A stretch of DNA of 64,000 nt from the NCBI GenBank assembly GCA_035939315.1, contig DASZFZ010000050.1, positions 3,370-67,369 on the forward strand, written 5' to 3'. The notes beneath the pieces were generated by a model. It worked only from the letters and a program-made list of their open reading frames with translations, was not told the origin of the DNA and made no database searches. The position numbers and the translations under genes are program-made. Of this stretch, positions 1 to 8,454 are shown piece after piece; within the stretch, counting starts at the first letter, position 1, and every line of letters starts with the position of its first letter. Source of the DNA: Solirubrobacteraceae bacterium. Lineage in GTDB: Bacteria > Actinomycetota > Thermoleophilia > Solirubrobacterales > Solirubrobacteraceae.

Positions 1-711
1 TACCTCCGCGAATACGCGATCCTGAAGTCCGAAGGCAAGCCGTTCTTCCCGTACGCGGTCGCCAAGGACGCCGCCATGGCCTGCGTGGTGATGGCCGTGA
101 TCATCACGCTCTCGCTCGTGCTCGGCACCGAGCTCGGCTCCAAGGCCAACCCCACCACGACGACCTACGTGCCGCGCCCCGAGTGGTACTTCTTCTTCCT
201 CTTCGAGGTCCTGCGCATAATCAAGACGCCGAGCATCGTGCCGCTCGCGACGATCGGCGTGCCGACGCTGTGCATGATCCTGCTTTTCCTGCTGCCCTTC
301 TACGACCGCGGCCCCGAGCGCCGGCCCGAGCGCCGGCCGATCGCCACCATCTCCGGGATCGCGACGATCGCGATCATCGCCTACCTCACCTACTCGGGCG
401 CGCACACCGGGGCGCCCACCGCGATCGAAATGGCGACCCCGCCGGCCGTCAGGGAAGCCGGCGGCAAGCTGCTGGCCGAGTACGAAGAAGGACGCAAGGT
501 CGTCGCCCAGTCCGGCTGTCTGGCCTGCCACAAGCTCGGCGACAACGGCAACGCCGGGCCGGGGCCCGAACTGACGCACATCGCCGATCGCATCCCCCGT
601 CAGGCGATCGCCCGCACGCTCGTGAACCCGACGGCGCCGATGCCGTCCTTCAAGAACCTCCCGGCGAAGAAGTTCGAAGCGATCGTCAACTTCCTCTCGC
701 AGTTGAAGTAG
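1..711 (+). CDS. cytochrome b C-terminal (subunit IV-like) / mono-haem cytochrome c fusion of a menaquinol:cytochrome c reductase; 5' end outside window
   Basis: Frame 1 is open from nt 1 (YLREYAILKSEGKPFFPY...); the listed ORF 76..711 is its tail. PEWYFFFLFEVLR motif typical of cytochrome b / subunit IV. CxxCH haem site (GCLACHKLG) and APMPSF Met-ligand region. Confidence 0.75.
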   Translation, partial: YLREYAILKSEGKPFFPYAVAKDAAMACVVMAVIITLSLVLGTELGSKANPTTTTYVPRPEWYFFFLFEVLRIIKTPSIVPLATIGVPTLCMILLFLLPFYDRGPERRPERRPIATISGIATIAIIAYLTYSGAHTGAPTAIEMATPPAVREAGGKLLAEYEEGRKVVAQSGCLACHKLGDNGNAGPGPELTHIADRIPRQAIARTLVNPTAPMPSFKNLPAKKFEAIVNFLSQLK

Positions 712-718
712 CGGCGTC

Positions 719-1564
719 GTGACCGCGCGTCTGCGAGACGGCGCGCCTCTGGACGGGGCGGACAAGGGTCGCCTGGAGGCCGGCGAGGTGCGCGCCATGT
801 TCGACCGCATCGCCGGCGTCTACGACCTCCTCAACGGCGCCATGACCGCCGGCCTGCATCACCGCTGGCGCGCCCGCGCCGTCGACCTCGCCGGCGTCGC
901 CGCCGGCGCGCGCGTGCTCGACGTCGCCACCGGCACCGGCGACCTCGCGCTCGAGCTGGCCCGCCGCGTCGCCCCCGGCGGCGAGGTCGTGGGCGCCGAC
1001 TTCTCCGAGGGCATGCTCGACCGCGCCCGCGCCAAGGCCGAGCGCCATCCCGGGCCCGTGCGGCCGCGCTTCGAATGGGCCGACGCGACCGCGCTGCCCT
1101 ACGCCGAGGACAGCTTCGACGCCGCCACCGTCGGCTTCGGCGTGCGCAACTTCGACGACCTGCCGCGCGGGCTGGCCGAGATGGCGCGCGTCGTGCGCCC
1201 CGGTGGGCGCGTGGTCGTGCTCGAGATCACGACCCCCGCGCGCCCGCCGCTGTCGCTCTTCTACCGACTGTGGTTCGACCGTGTCGTGCCGGCGATCGGC
1301 CGCCTCGCCGGCCTGCTCGCCCGCCTGCGCGCGGGCGCCGGCGGAGCCGGGGGTGTCGACACGATCGGCCGCGCCTACAGCTACCTGCCCAACTCCGTCA
1401 AGCGCTTCCCCGCGCCGCCCGCGCTCGCGGCCGAGCTGCGACGCGCCGGCCTCGTCGACATCCGCTACCTGATCACCGCCGGGGGCATCGTCGCGATCCA
1501 CGTCGGCACCGTCCCGGGAGCGCCGCCGCGGACGTCGGTCGGGCATGATGAGCCTGGTGGGTAG
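719..1564 (+). CDS. ubiE: demethylmenaquinone / ubiquinone C-methyltransferase (UbiE/MenG family)
   Basis: FDRIAGVYDLLNGAMTAGLHHRWR and SAM-binding VLDVATGTGDLA motifs. GTG start 8 nt after the upstream stop. Next to a polyprenyl synthase. Confidence 0.85.
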   Translation: MTARLRDGAPLDGADKGRLEAGEVRAMFDRIAGVYDLLNGAMTAGLHHRWRARAVDLAGVAAGARVLDVATGTGDLALELARRVAPGGEVVGADFSEGMLDRARAKAERHPGPVRPRFEWADATALPYAEDSFDAATVGFGVRNFDDLPRGLAEMARVVRPGGRVVVLEITTPARPPLSLFYRLWFDRVVPAIGRLAGLLARLRAGAGGAGGVDTIGRAYSYLPNSVKRFPAPPALAAELRRAGLVDIRYLITAGGIVAIHVGTVPGAPPRTSVGHDEPGG

Positions 1565-2633
1565 CGCGGCGGCCAGCCCCCCGGCGGGTGAAGTCGACGG
1601 ACTCGAGGCGATCATGCGCCGCGGGGGCGCCGGCCTGCGCCGGCGCATGCGGCACGCCGAGCAGCACCTGGAGCGGGTCACCGCGCGGGCTGGCTCGCCG
1701 CTGGCCGCCCACGCCAACGCCACCGTCGTCGCCGGCGGCAAGCGCCTGCGCCCGCTGCTGGTGGTGCTCGCCGCCGAGTCCGCCGGCGGTCCGGTGGGCT
1801 CGCCGGCGGTGGGCGAGGTGGGTGGGCCCGCCAATCCTTCCGACGGCGAGCAGCGGCTCGTGCGCGCCGCGGTCGCCGTCGAGCTCGTCCACTCCGCGAC
1901 GCTCGTGCACGACGACGTGATCGACGGCGCGCGCCTGCGCCGCGGGCGCCCGACCGTCGCCGCCCAAGCCGGCCGCGAGGCCGCCGTGGCGACCGGCGAC
2001 CTGCTGTTCTCGCGCGCCTTCGCCGAGCTCGCCCGCAACGAGGACCCGGCGCAGCTGCGCGCGCTCTCCCAGGCCAGCTCGGCGCTCGCCCAGGGGGAGC
2101 TGCTGCAGCGCGAGGACGCCTATGCCGCGCACGTGCCCGTCGCGCGCTACCTCGAACGCTGCGAGCTGAAGACCGCCGCGCTGTTCGAGGCCGCCTGCCG
2201 GCTCGGCGCGCTGGTGGCCCGCGAAGGCTCGCCCGCGCTCGCCGACGCGCTCGGCGCGTTCGCCAGGCGCATCGGCCTGGCCTTCCAGATGCTCGACGAC
2301 GTGCTCGACGTCTCCGGGCCGGTCGAGCGCACCGGCAAGGCGCGCGGCACCGACCTGCTCGACGGCACCGTCACGCTGCCGCTGATCCTGGCCCGCGAGC
2401 GCGACCCGCGGCTCGCCGCCTTCGACCTCGGCGCGCTGCGCGGGCTCAGCGGCGCGCGCCGCGCGGAGGAGCTGTGCGAGCGCATCGCAGCCACCGGCGC
2501 GCTCGACGAGGCGCGCGAGCGGGCGCTCGCCGTGGTCGCCGAGGCCAAGGCGGCGTTGCCGGCGGTCCTCCCCGAAGGGCGCGCGGCCCTGCTGGAGCTG
2601 GTCGCCGACGCGGTCGTCGAGCGCTACCGCTGA
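1545..2633 (+). CDS. trans-polyprenyl diphosphate synthase (heptaprenyl/octaprenyl type, menaquinone side chain)
   Basis: Two Asp-rich motifs, LVHDDVIDG and FQMLDDVLD, plus GKRLRPLLVVL. Overlaps ubiE by 20 nt; the exact start is uncertain (alternative Met further in). Confidence 0.85.
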   Translation: MMSLVGSAAASPPAGEVDGLEAIMRRGGAGLRRRMRHAEQHLERVTARAGSPLAAHANATVVAGGKRLRPLLVVLAAESAGGPVGSPAVGEVGGPANPSDGEQRLVRAAVAVELVHSATLVHDDVIDGARLRRGRPTVAAQAGREAAVATGDLLFSRAFAELARNEDPAQLRALSQASSALAQGELLQREDAYAAHVPVARYLERCELKTAALFEAACRLGALVAREGSPALADALGAFARRIGLAFQMLDDVLDVSGPVERTGKARGTDLLDGTVTLPLILARERDPRLAAFDLGALRGLSGARRAEELCERIAATGALDEARERALAVVAEAKAALPAVLPEGRAALLELVADAVVERYR

Positions 2634-2698
2634 GCGGCGAGACCGTCCGCGTGGTGCCCGCGGCGCCGCGAGCGCCGGCGCGCGGCCCGGGCGCCACC

Positions 2699-2728
2699 TT
2701 GACAGGCCACCCTGGGAGCGACTAGCGT
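2699..2728 (+). promoter_or_regulatory. putative sigma-70-type promoter for the 2825 gene
   Basis: TTGACA (2699-2704), 18 nt spacer, TAGCGT (2723-2728, TAnnnT). A strong GGAGGGGG Shine-Dalgarno sits at 2812-2819, just before ATG 2825. Confidence 0.3.
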
Positions 2729-2824
2729 CCGCGGACGGCGCGGCATTGGGGGGTGTAGACGCGCCGTCCCTCCGCGTCATACGCAAGCGAAGCGCACAGC
2801 AGACACGACCACGGAGGGGGATCG

Positions 2825-3847
2825 ATGAGACGAGTCGGCGTATTTGGACTCGCCGTACTGGCGCTGGCCGCCATCGCGTTCGGCGGGGCGGCGAGCGCAT
2901 CCGCGCAGGCACCGGAATACGGGCGCTGCGTCAAGAAGGCCAAAGCGGAAGGCTCCGGCTACACCGGCGCCACATGCGCGAAAGAAGGCACCGGCAAGCA
3001 CGCGAAGTACGAATGGCTCGCGGGCCCCGGGCCGAACGCGGGGTTCAGCTGGGAAGGCAAAAGCATCTACTCGGAAAGGTACAGGCGCTGCCAGCGGGCG
3101 ATCTCCGAAGAAGAAGTCGCGCGCGAAGAGCGCCGCCGCGCGGAAGCCGCCGGCGAACCGGAAGCGGCGGAACTGATCAAACAGGCCGAAGCGCACGAAA
3201 CGGGCTCCAGGCAGTCCTACGAACTGGCCGGCAACCCCGGTCCGGCGCTCACCCGTGAACAGTGCGAAACCCTGATCGAAAGCGAATCCGCGCGGGCTCC
3301 GGCGGTCCTGCAGACCGTGCCCGTGGCGATCGGCAAGAAGAAGGTCTCCACGCGTGTGGCCTGCGGCGGCGTCAGCGCCACCGGCGAGCTGAGCGGCGCC
3401 AAAAGCGTCGCGGACGTGACGATCACGTTCAGCGAATGCGCTGTCAGGGGCACCGTGTGCCAGTCGCCCGGCGCTCAGGAAGGCGAAATCGTGAGCTCGG
3501 CGCTCGGCGGCGAACTCGGTGTCGTCAAGGTCGTCAAAGGCAAGACCAAGCTGGGGATCTCGCTCGCGCCCGCCGAAGAAACACCGTTCGCTAGCTTCGC
3601 CTGCGGCGAACAGAGCGTCGTCGTCTCCGGCTCGACGATTCGCGAAGTCGAATCGAACCACCTGAACAAAGTGGAACCCGTCCACTACAACCAGAGCCAG
3701 GGGGCCCAGAACCCGACGGGCTTCCTGGGAGCACCGCAGGACGTGCTCTCGAGCTCGATCGGCGGGGCTCCCGCCGAACAGACGGGGCTGAGCCTCAAAG
3801 CCCTCCAGAAGAACGAAGAAGCGGTCGAGCTGAACACGAGCGTGTAG
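2825..3847 (+). CDS. exported hypothetical protein, Cys-containing, no recognised domain
   Basis: Signal peptide MRRVGVFGLAVLALAAIAFGGAASASAQA. Strong SD. 34 GAA versus 3 GAG codons. C-terminal half resembles the 7685..8350 product. Confidence 0.75.
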   Translation: MRRVGVFGLAVLALAAIAFGGAASASAQAPEYGRCVKKAKAEGSGYTGATCAKEGTGKHAKYEWLAGPGPNAGFSWEGKSIYSERYRRCQRAISEEEVAREERRRAEAAGEPEAAELIKQAEAHETGSRQSYELAGNPGPALTREQCETLIESESARAPAVLQTVPVAIGKKKVSTRVACGGVSATGELSGAKSVADVTITFSECAVRGTVCQSPGAQEGEIVSSALGGELGVVKVVKGKTKLGISLAPAEETPFASFACGEQSVVVSGSTIREVESNHLNKVEPVHYNQSQGAQNPTGFLGAPQDVLSSSIGGAPAEQTGLSLKALQKNEEAVELNTSV

Positions 3848-3911
3848 CAGGCTCGCGCCGTCCCCTGCCATGGGGCGCTCGCACACCGCGGGCGCCCCGG
3901 GCTGGGAACGC

Positions 3912-4313
3912 CTAGAAGTCGCTCGGCAGGATCAGGTCCGCCTCGAGCGCACGCGCGAAGAACTCGATTTCCTCGGACATGTTCGCGTGCGTCATGCGGC
4001 GCAGGTCCCCGAGCAGCGCGCTCGAGCCGCGGTCCAGCTCGTCGTCCAGGCGTTCCACGGCGGCCTGGTCGAAGACGCCTTCGCGGCGGGACTCGCACTC
4101 CGGGCAGCGCAGCACGATCCGCCAGTGCCGCGGGCCCTCCTCGGACCAGTCGAGCGGGTACACCAGCTCGCCGGAGCAGTGGAAGCAGTTGTGCAGCTGG
4201 GCCGGCGCGCAGGCGCCCTCGCTCGCCTCGCGGGCGCCGTACACGGCCCCCGTGGGGGTCGCGCCGGACTGCTGCGGGCGGCGCTTGGTGTCTTGGTTCT
4301 TCTCGGAGTCCAT
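3912..4313 (-). CDS. hypothetical zinc-ribbon protein
   Basis: 133 aa ORF with paired Cys motifs CFHC ... CPEC. Coding-like GC3. Divergent from tatC. Confidence 0.55.
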   Translation of the reverse strand: MDSEKNQDTKRRPQQSGATPTGAVYGAREASEGACAPAQLHNCFHCSGELVYPLDWSEEGPRHWRIVLRCPECESRREGVFDQAAVERLDDELDRGSSALLGDLRRMTHANMSEEIEFFARALEADLILPSDF

Positions 4314-4477
4314 CTTCGTTCCCAGTCGTCATCGACGCGCGGAGCCGGGGCCTTTAGCGGCTGCGCGCGTGCTATCCCGAACGTTTATGTGGCGGACTAC
4401 CGAGCGCTCCGGGGCGCGCCCGCGCGGGCGCCGGCCGCGGTTGCCGAGGCCGGCTCGGTGGTAGCTTCATAAGGCCC

Positions 4478-5563
4478 ATGGCTACTGCGATCCGCATGGT
4501 CGGACACGAAGATCGGCTGACCCTCGTCGATCACCTGGAAGAGCTGCGCACGCGGCTGATCGTGAGCGTCGCCGTGCTGGCGGTCGCCTTCGGCATCTGC
4601 CTGTGGCAGAACCACGAGCTGCTGCACATCATGAACAAACCGCTGCAGACGGAGACAAAGCGACAGGTGGCGAACGGCGTCGGCACGGTCGGGCAGGCCA
4701 ACCTCGCCCAGCAGGGCCTCTTGAAAACCGCGCAGGACATGCAGGCGCTCGTCGGCCTGCTGGCCAAGCCCGGCAGCGGCCTCTCCAAGGGCGTGCGGGA
4801 GCAGCTGCCGCCGCTCAGCTCCGCGCTCAAGGCCGACGTGGCCAAGCTCCCGCGCAAGACCGTCGGCATCAGCCCGGTCACGACGGGCATCGCCGAGCCG
4901 TTCACGACGACGATCACGGTGACGCTCTACTTCGCGCTGATCGTCTCCCTGCCCGTGATCCTGTTCGAGCTCTACGGCTTCATCCTGCCGGCGCTCGAAC
5001 CGCACGAGCGGCGCATCGCGATGCCGCTGCTGAGCGCCGTCCCCTTCCTGTTCGCCGCTGGCGTCGCCTTCGGCTACTTCGTCGTGCTGCCCGCGGCCGT
5101 CCGCTTCTTCGCGAACTTCAACGCCAGCGACTTCAACGTGCTCGTCCAGGCCAGCCCGCTCTACAGCTTCGAGTCCACGATCCTGCTCGCGATGGGGCTC
5201 GTCTTCCAGGTGCCCGTGGTGGTGCTGGGCGCCACGCGCCTGGGCATCGTCACGCCCCGCCAGCTGCGCCGCGGGCGCCCGTTCGCGTTCGCCGCCTGCG
5301 CGGCCGTCGCCGCCTTCCTGCCCGGCGACGCGATCACGCTGCTGCTCGAGACGGTACCGCTGTATCTGCTCTACGAGATGAGTATCCTGATCGCAGCGCT
5401 CGTCGGGCGGGCCAACCGCGTTCGACCCGAGGAGGGAAGCGCAGCGACCGCAGGCCCGGGCCATCCTGGAGAGGGACCCGGGCCCCAACCACCGGAGCAC
5501 CCAGCGGACTCGACCGTGCAGGACCTGATAGACCACATCGACCCGAGGCTCTCGGGCAAGTAG
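4478..5563 (+). CDS. tatC: twin-arginine translocase subunit TatC (with extra loop and C-terminal tail)
   Basis: N-terminal LTLVDHLEELRTRLI signature and a six-TM pattern. About 100 aa longer than typical TatC: an insert after TM1 and a Pro/Gly-rich tail. Confidence 0.85.
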   Translation: MATAIRMVGHEDRLTLVDHLEELRTRLIVSVAVLAVAFGICLWQNHELLHIMNKPLQTETKRQVANGVGTVGQANLAQQGLLKTAQDMQALVGLLAKPGSGLSKGVREQLPPLSSALKADVAKLPRKTVGISPVTTGIAEPFTTTITVTLYFALIVSLPVILFELYGFILPALEPHERRIAMPLLSAVPFLFAAGVAFGYFVVLPAAVRFFANFNASDFNVLVQASPLYSFESTILLAMGLVFQVPVVVLGATRLGIVTPRQLRRGRPFAFAACAAVAAFLPGDAITLLLETVPLYLLYEMSILIAALVGRANRVRPEEGSAATAGPGHPGEGPGPQPPEHPADSTVQDLIDHIDPRLSGK

Positions 5564-5574
5564 GAGCCGAGCCG

Positions 5575-6354
5575 ATGCTGTTCGACCTCAGGGGCCGCGG
5601 GCGCCGCAGGGCCACGCGCGTGATCTACGGGGCCCTGGCCGTGCTGTTCGGCTCCGGGCTCGTGCTGTTCGGCGTCGGCGGCTTCGGCGGGACCGGCATC
5701 CTCTCGAGCCTCAGCAAAGAAGGCGGCGGGGGCGGGCCCAACTACTCCGCCCAGATCAGCAAGTACCGCAAGCTCACACAGAAGAACCCGAAGGACGCGA
5801 GCGCCTACGAAAACCTCGTCAAGAACATCCTGCACGAGGCCGCCGGCGAAGAATTCGTGTCCGCGACCACCGGCGTGGTCACGAGCAAGGGCAAGCAGCT
5901 CTACCGGGAAGCCTCGGAAGCGTGGCAGGGCTACACCGCGCTGAACCCGCCCAAGCTGAACATCGAACTCGCGCAGCTGATGGAGAACATCTACAGCGAA
6001 GCCGGCCTCAACGAACCCGCCAAGGAGGTCGAAATCCTGCAGCTGGCCGTGGCGGCCAAACCGAACAGCGCCTCGCTGACCGCGACGCTCGCGGAGTACG
6101 CCTACAAAGCGCACAACACCCGCGTCGGCGACCTCGCCTCCGAAAAGGCCGTCTCGCTGGTGGCGCCGGGCGAACGCAAGCGCCTCGAGAACGAGCTCGC
6201 CGAAGTCAAGGCCAACCCGTCCGGCGAAAAGACCTACACGACGACCACCGACGGCAAAACCTTCACGGGCAAGCTGAACAAGGAAGGCAAGATCGAAGCC
6301 CATGAAGTCCCGACGAGCTCCACGAGCAAGTCGACGACGACCAAGAAGAAATAG
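5575..6354 (+). CDS. membrane-anchored hypothetical protein, helical ectodomain, Lys/Thr-rich tail
   Basis: ATG at 5575 preceded by AGGAG (5562-5566). It is the last 259 codons of track ORF 4603..6354. N-terminus is RGRGRRRATRVIYGALAVLFGSGLVLFGVGG (Arg cluster plus TM). 17 GAA versus 6 GAG. Confidence 0.65.
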   Translation: MLFDLRGRGRRRATRVIYGALAVLFGSGLVLFGVGGFGGTGILSSLSKEGGGGGPNYSAQISKYRKLTQKNPKDASAYENLVKNILHEAAGEEFVSATTGVVTSKGKQLYREASEAWQGYTALNPPKLNIELAQLMENIYSEAGLNEPAKEVEILQLAVAAKPNSASLTATLAEYAYKAHNTRVGDLASEKAVSLVAPGERKRLENELAEVKANPSGEKTYTTTTDGKTFTGKLNKEGKIEAHEVPTSSTSKSTTTKKK

Positions 6355-6372
6355 CGCGGGGCGGGGGCACCC

Positions 6373-7239
6373 GTGGGCGACGCACCATCGCGCTACACGG
6401 CCCGCCTGCTGATCGGCTGCCCCGACCGGCCCGGGATCGTCGCCGCCGTCTCCGGCTTCCTGTTCGAGCAGGGCGCCAACATCGTCTCCTCCAACCAGTA
6501 CTCGACCGACCCGAGCGGCGGGCGCTTCTTCCTGCGCACCGAGTTCTTCCTGCCCGACGGCCACGAGCGCGACGCGTTCGCGGCGGCCTTCGCCGGGGCG
6601 GTCGCGCGCCGCCTGGAGATGGACTGGGAGATCCGCTGGTGGGGCGAGCGCCAGCGGCTCGCGATCCTCGTCTCGCGCTACGACCACTGCCTGCAGGAGC
6701 TGCTGTGGCGCTGGCGGCGCGGCGAGCTCGACGCCGAGATCGTGACCGTCATCTCCAACCACCCCGAGCTCGAGCCCGAGGCGCTCGCCGCCGGCGTCCC
6801 CTTCCACCACGTGCCCGTCGAGAAGGGGCGCAAAGAGGACGCCGAGGCGGCGATGCTCGAGCTGCTCGCCGGCCGCGCCGAGCTGCTCGTGCTCGCCCGC
6901 TACATGCAGATCCTCAGCGGCGAGTTCCTGGAGCGCGCCGGCATGCCGGCGATCAACATCCACCACTCGTTCCTGCCCGCCTTCGCCGGCGCCGACCCCT
7001 ACCGGCGCGCGCACGAGCGCGGCGTCAAGCTGATCGGCGCCACCGCCCACTACGTCACCGAGGTGCTCGACGACGGCCCGATCATCGACCAGGACGTCGT
7101 GCGCGTCGACCACCACCAGACGGTCGCCGACCTCGAGCGCGTCGGGCGCGACATGGAGCGGCTCGTGCTCGCCCGTGCCGTGGCGCTGCACCTCGACGAG
7201 CGCGTGATCGTCGACGGGCGGCGCACGATCGTGTTCTAG
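6373..7239 (+). CDS. purU: formyltetrahydrofolate deformylase
   Basis: N-terminal ACT domain ([26 protein letters not shown]) plus formyltransferase core ([34 protein letters not shown]). Confidence 0.9.
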   Translation: MGDAPSRYTARLLIGCPDRPGIVAAVSGFLFEQGANIVSSNQYSTDPSGGRFFLRTEFFLPDGHERDAFAAAFAGAVARRLEMDWEIRWWGERQRLAILVSRYDHCLQELLWRWRRGELDAEIVTVISNHPELEPEALAAGVPFHHVPVEKGRKEDAEAAMLELLAGRAELLVLARYMQILSGEFLERAGMPAINIHHSFLPAFAGADPYRRAHERGVKLIGATAHYVTEVLDDGPIIDQDVVRVDHHQTVADLERVGRDMERLVLARAVALHLDERVIVDGRRTIVF

Positions 7240-7332
7240 GGGAGGCGGATGGGCGGGGCCGCGCCGCTGCGGCGACGCCAGCGGTTGGCCGGCGGCGTCC
7301 GCGGCGGGCGCTCCCCGCACGCTCCGCTCGGA

Positions 7333-7338
7333 TAGAAT
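7333..7338 (+). promoter_or_regulatory. possible -10 element (TAGAAT) for tRNA-Lys
   Basis: TAGAAT lies 42 nt upstream of the tRNA 5' end. I see no convincing -35. Confidence 0.25.
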
Positions 7339-7379
7339 GAGCGCTTCCGGGCCGTCCGCAAGGTCGGCCCTGCTCGTTC

Positions 7380-7452
7380 GGGCCGTTAGCTCAACCGGCA
7401 GAGCAGGGGCCTCTTAAGCCCAAGGTTGCAGGTTCGATTCCTGCACGGCCCA
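7380..7452 (+). tRNA. tRNA-Lys (anticodon CTT)
   Basis: Hand-folded cloverleaf. Acceptor GGGCCGT/ACGGCCC, D arm GCTC..GAGC, anticodon loop CTCTTAA, T arm GCAGG-TTCGATT-CCTGC, discriminator A. CCA is not encoded. Confidence 0.9.
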
Positions 7453-7684
7453 CTAGCGGTTTCCACGCGGCTACGCGGCAACCGGGCGGACCCTGTCCCA
7501 CTACCGCCAGAGCGACGGCTGCCCTCCTGTGCGCTGTGAGGGCTTCCCGATATTAGAAACAGTTCCATACGTTTCTTGACATAGGGGCCCCCGAGGCCAC
7601 ACTTAAAACGCGCGACCGAGTCCGTCTCGCGCGCGTCGTGTCAAGGCGCGACGCGGTCATCTGACAACGACAAGGGGGAGCATC

Positions 7685-8350
7685 ATGCGACGTTTGCCGT
7701 ACGTTGCCGTAACGCTGCTCGTGGCAGCTTCGATACTGGCGATTGCCACGACGGCGGCCTTCGCCATATTAGGAGAAGAGACAACCGAAACATCGGAGGG
7801 CGCGCCACTGCAGAAAGACACATGGACACTTGAAGCGCCGTCCGCGTTCGAAGGGTCGGTCGTATCCACCGAACAGGAAATCGAATTCGCGCCGACCAGC
7901 AAAAAATTAGAGGACTATCACCGTATGCTGAAGGGCGTCAAATGCAAAAATCCGCTCCTCGGCACCGCGACCGGCGAGAGCTTAGGCGACGCGGCGGGCA
8001 TCGTCTTACAGTTAGGCGAACTGCACTGGGTCGATGCCAACTTGGCGCTGATCTTATGGAACCCGGTGCATCTGGAATGCTTATACTCCAGCGGTACCGT
8101 CTTATTAATCGTTAGCGGTGCGAACCTTGGCAAGGTATCGCCCACGAACTCCAAGACGAAGAGATTCTCGCTGGAACTCAAGGGCAGCAAAGGGAAACAG
8201 ACCAACGTCACTGAATACGAAAACAACTCCGGCGAAAAAGTCATTCCAAAGCTGGAAGCCTCGTCGAGCCTGGGCTCGGAAGGCGCTGCCTCCGAAAACG
8301 ACAGTAGCGACATCTCGCTCGAAACCGAAAGAGAAACGGAATTGACGTAG
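7685..8350 (+). CDS. exported hypothetical protein in a low-GC islet; distant paralogue of the 2825..3847 product
   Basis: SD GGGGGAG before the ATG. Signal peptide MRRLPYVAVTLLVAASILAIATTAAFA. Nine in-frame TTA Leu codons and 20 GAA versus 4 GAG. About 47-50% GC in two hand-counted 60-nt lines. Confidence 0.7.
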   Translation: MRRLPYVAVTLLVAASILAIATTAAFAILGEETTETSEGAPLQKDTWTLEAPSAFEGSVVSTEQEIEFAPTSKKLEDYHRMLKGVKCKNPLLGTATGESLGDAAGIVLQLGELHWVDANLALILWNPVHLECLYSSGTVLLIVSGANLGKVSPTNSKTKRFSLELKGSKGKQTNVTEYENNSGEKVIPKLEASSSLGSEGAASENDSSDISLETERETELT

Positions 8351-8390
8351 ACCGAGGCGTTTCTCCGGTCAGCTTATCGATAGGTCTCGC

Positions 8391-8424
8391 GGAGTCCGAC
8401 GGCCACACGTGGCCGTCGGACTCC
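8391..8424. terminator. bidirectional stem-loop between convergent genes
   Basis: GGAGTCCGACGGCCAC-AC-GTGGCCGTCGGACTCC, 16-nt complementary arms. Lies between the stops at 8350 (+) and 8455 (-). Confidence 0.7.
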
Positions 8425-8454
8425 ACCATGCCCAAGGGTGGCTAGGTGACGCCC

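Noticed and set aside
2730-2776. A long GC-rich stem-loop (GACGGCGCG...CGCGCCGTC with an outer CGCG pairing) in the leader of the 2825 gene, considered as a riboswitch or attenuator.
   Set aside because: It has no resemblance to any riboswitch consensus I know. The predicted transcription start would fall inside the 5' arm. It is probably an incidental GC-rich structure.
7555-7604. TTGACA at 7576-7581, with an AGAAAC/GTTTCT hairpin just upstream, as the promoter of the TTA-rich gene.
   Set aside because: No acceptable -10 hexamer lies at 16-19 nt spacing (ACACTT/CACTTA). This is left as unsupported.
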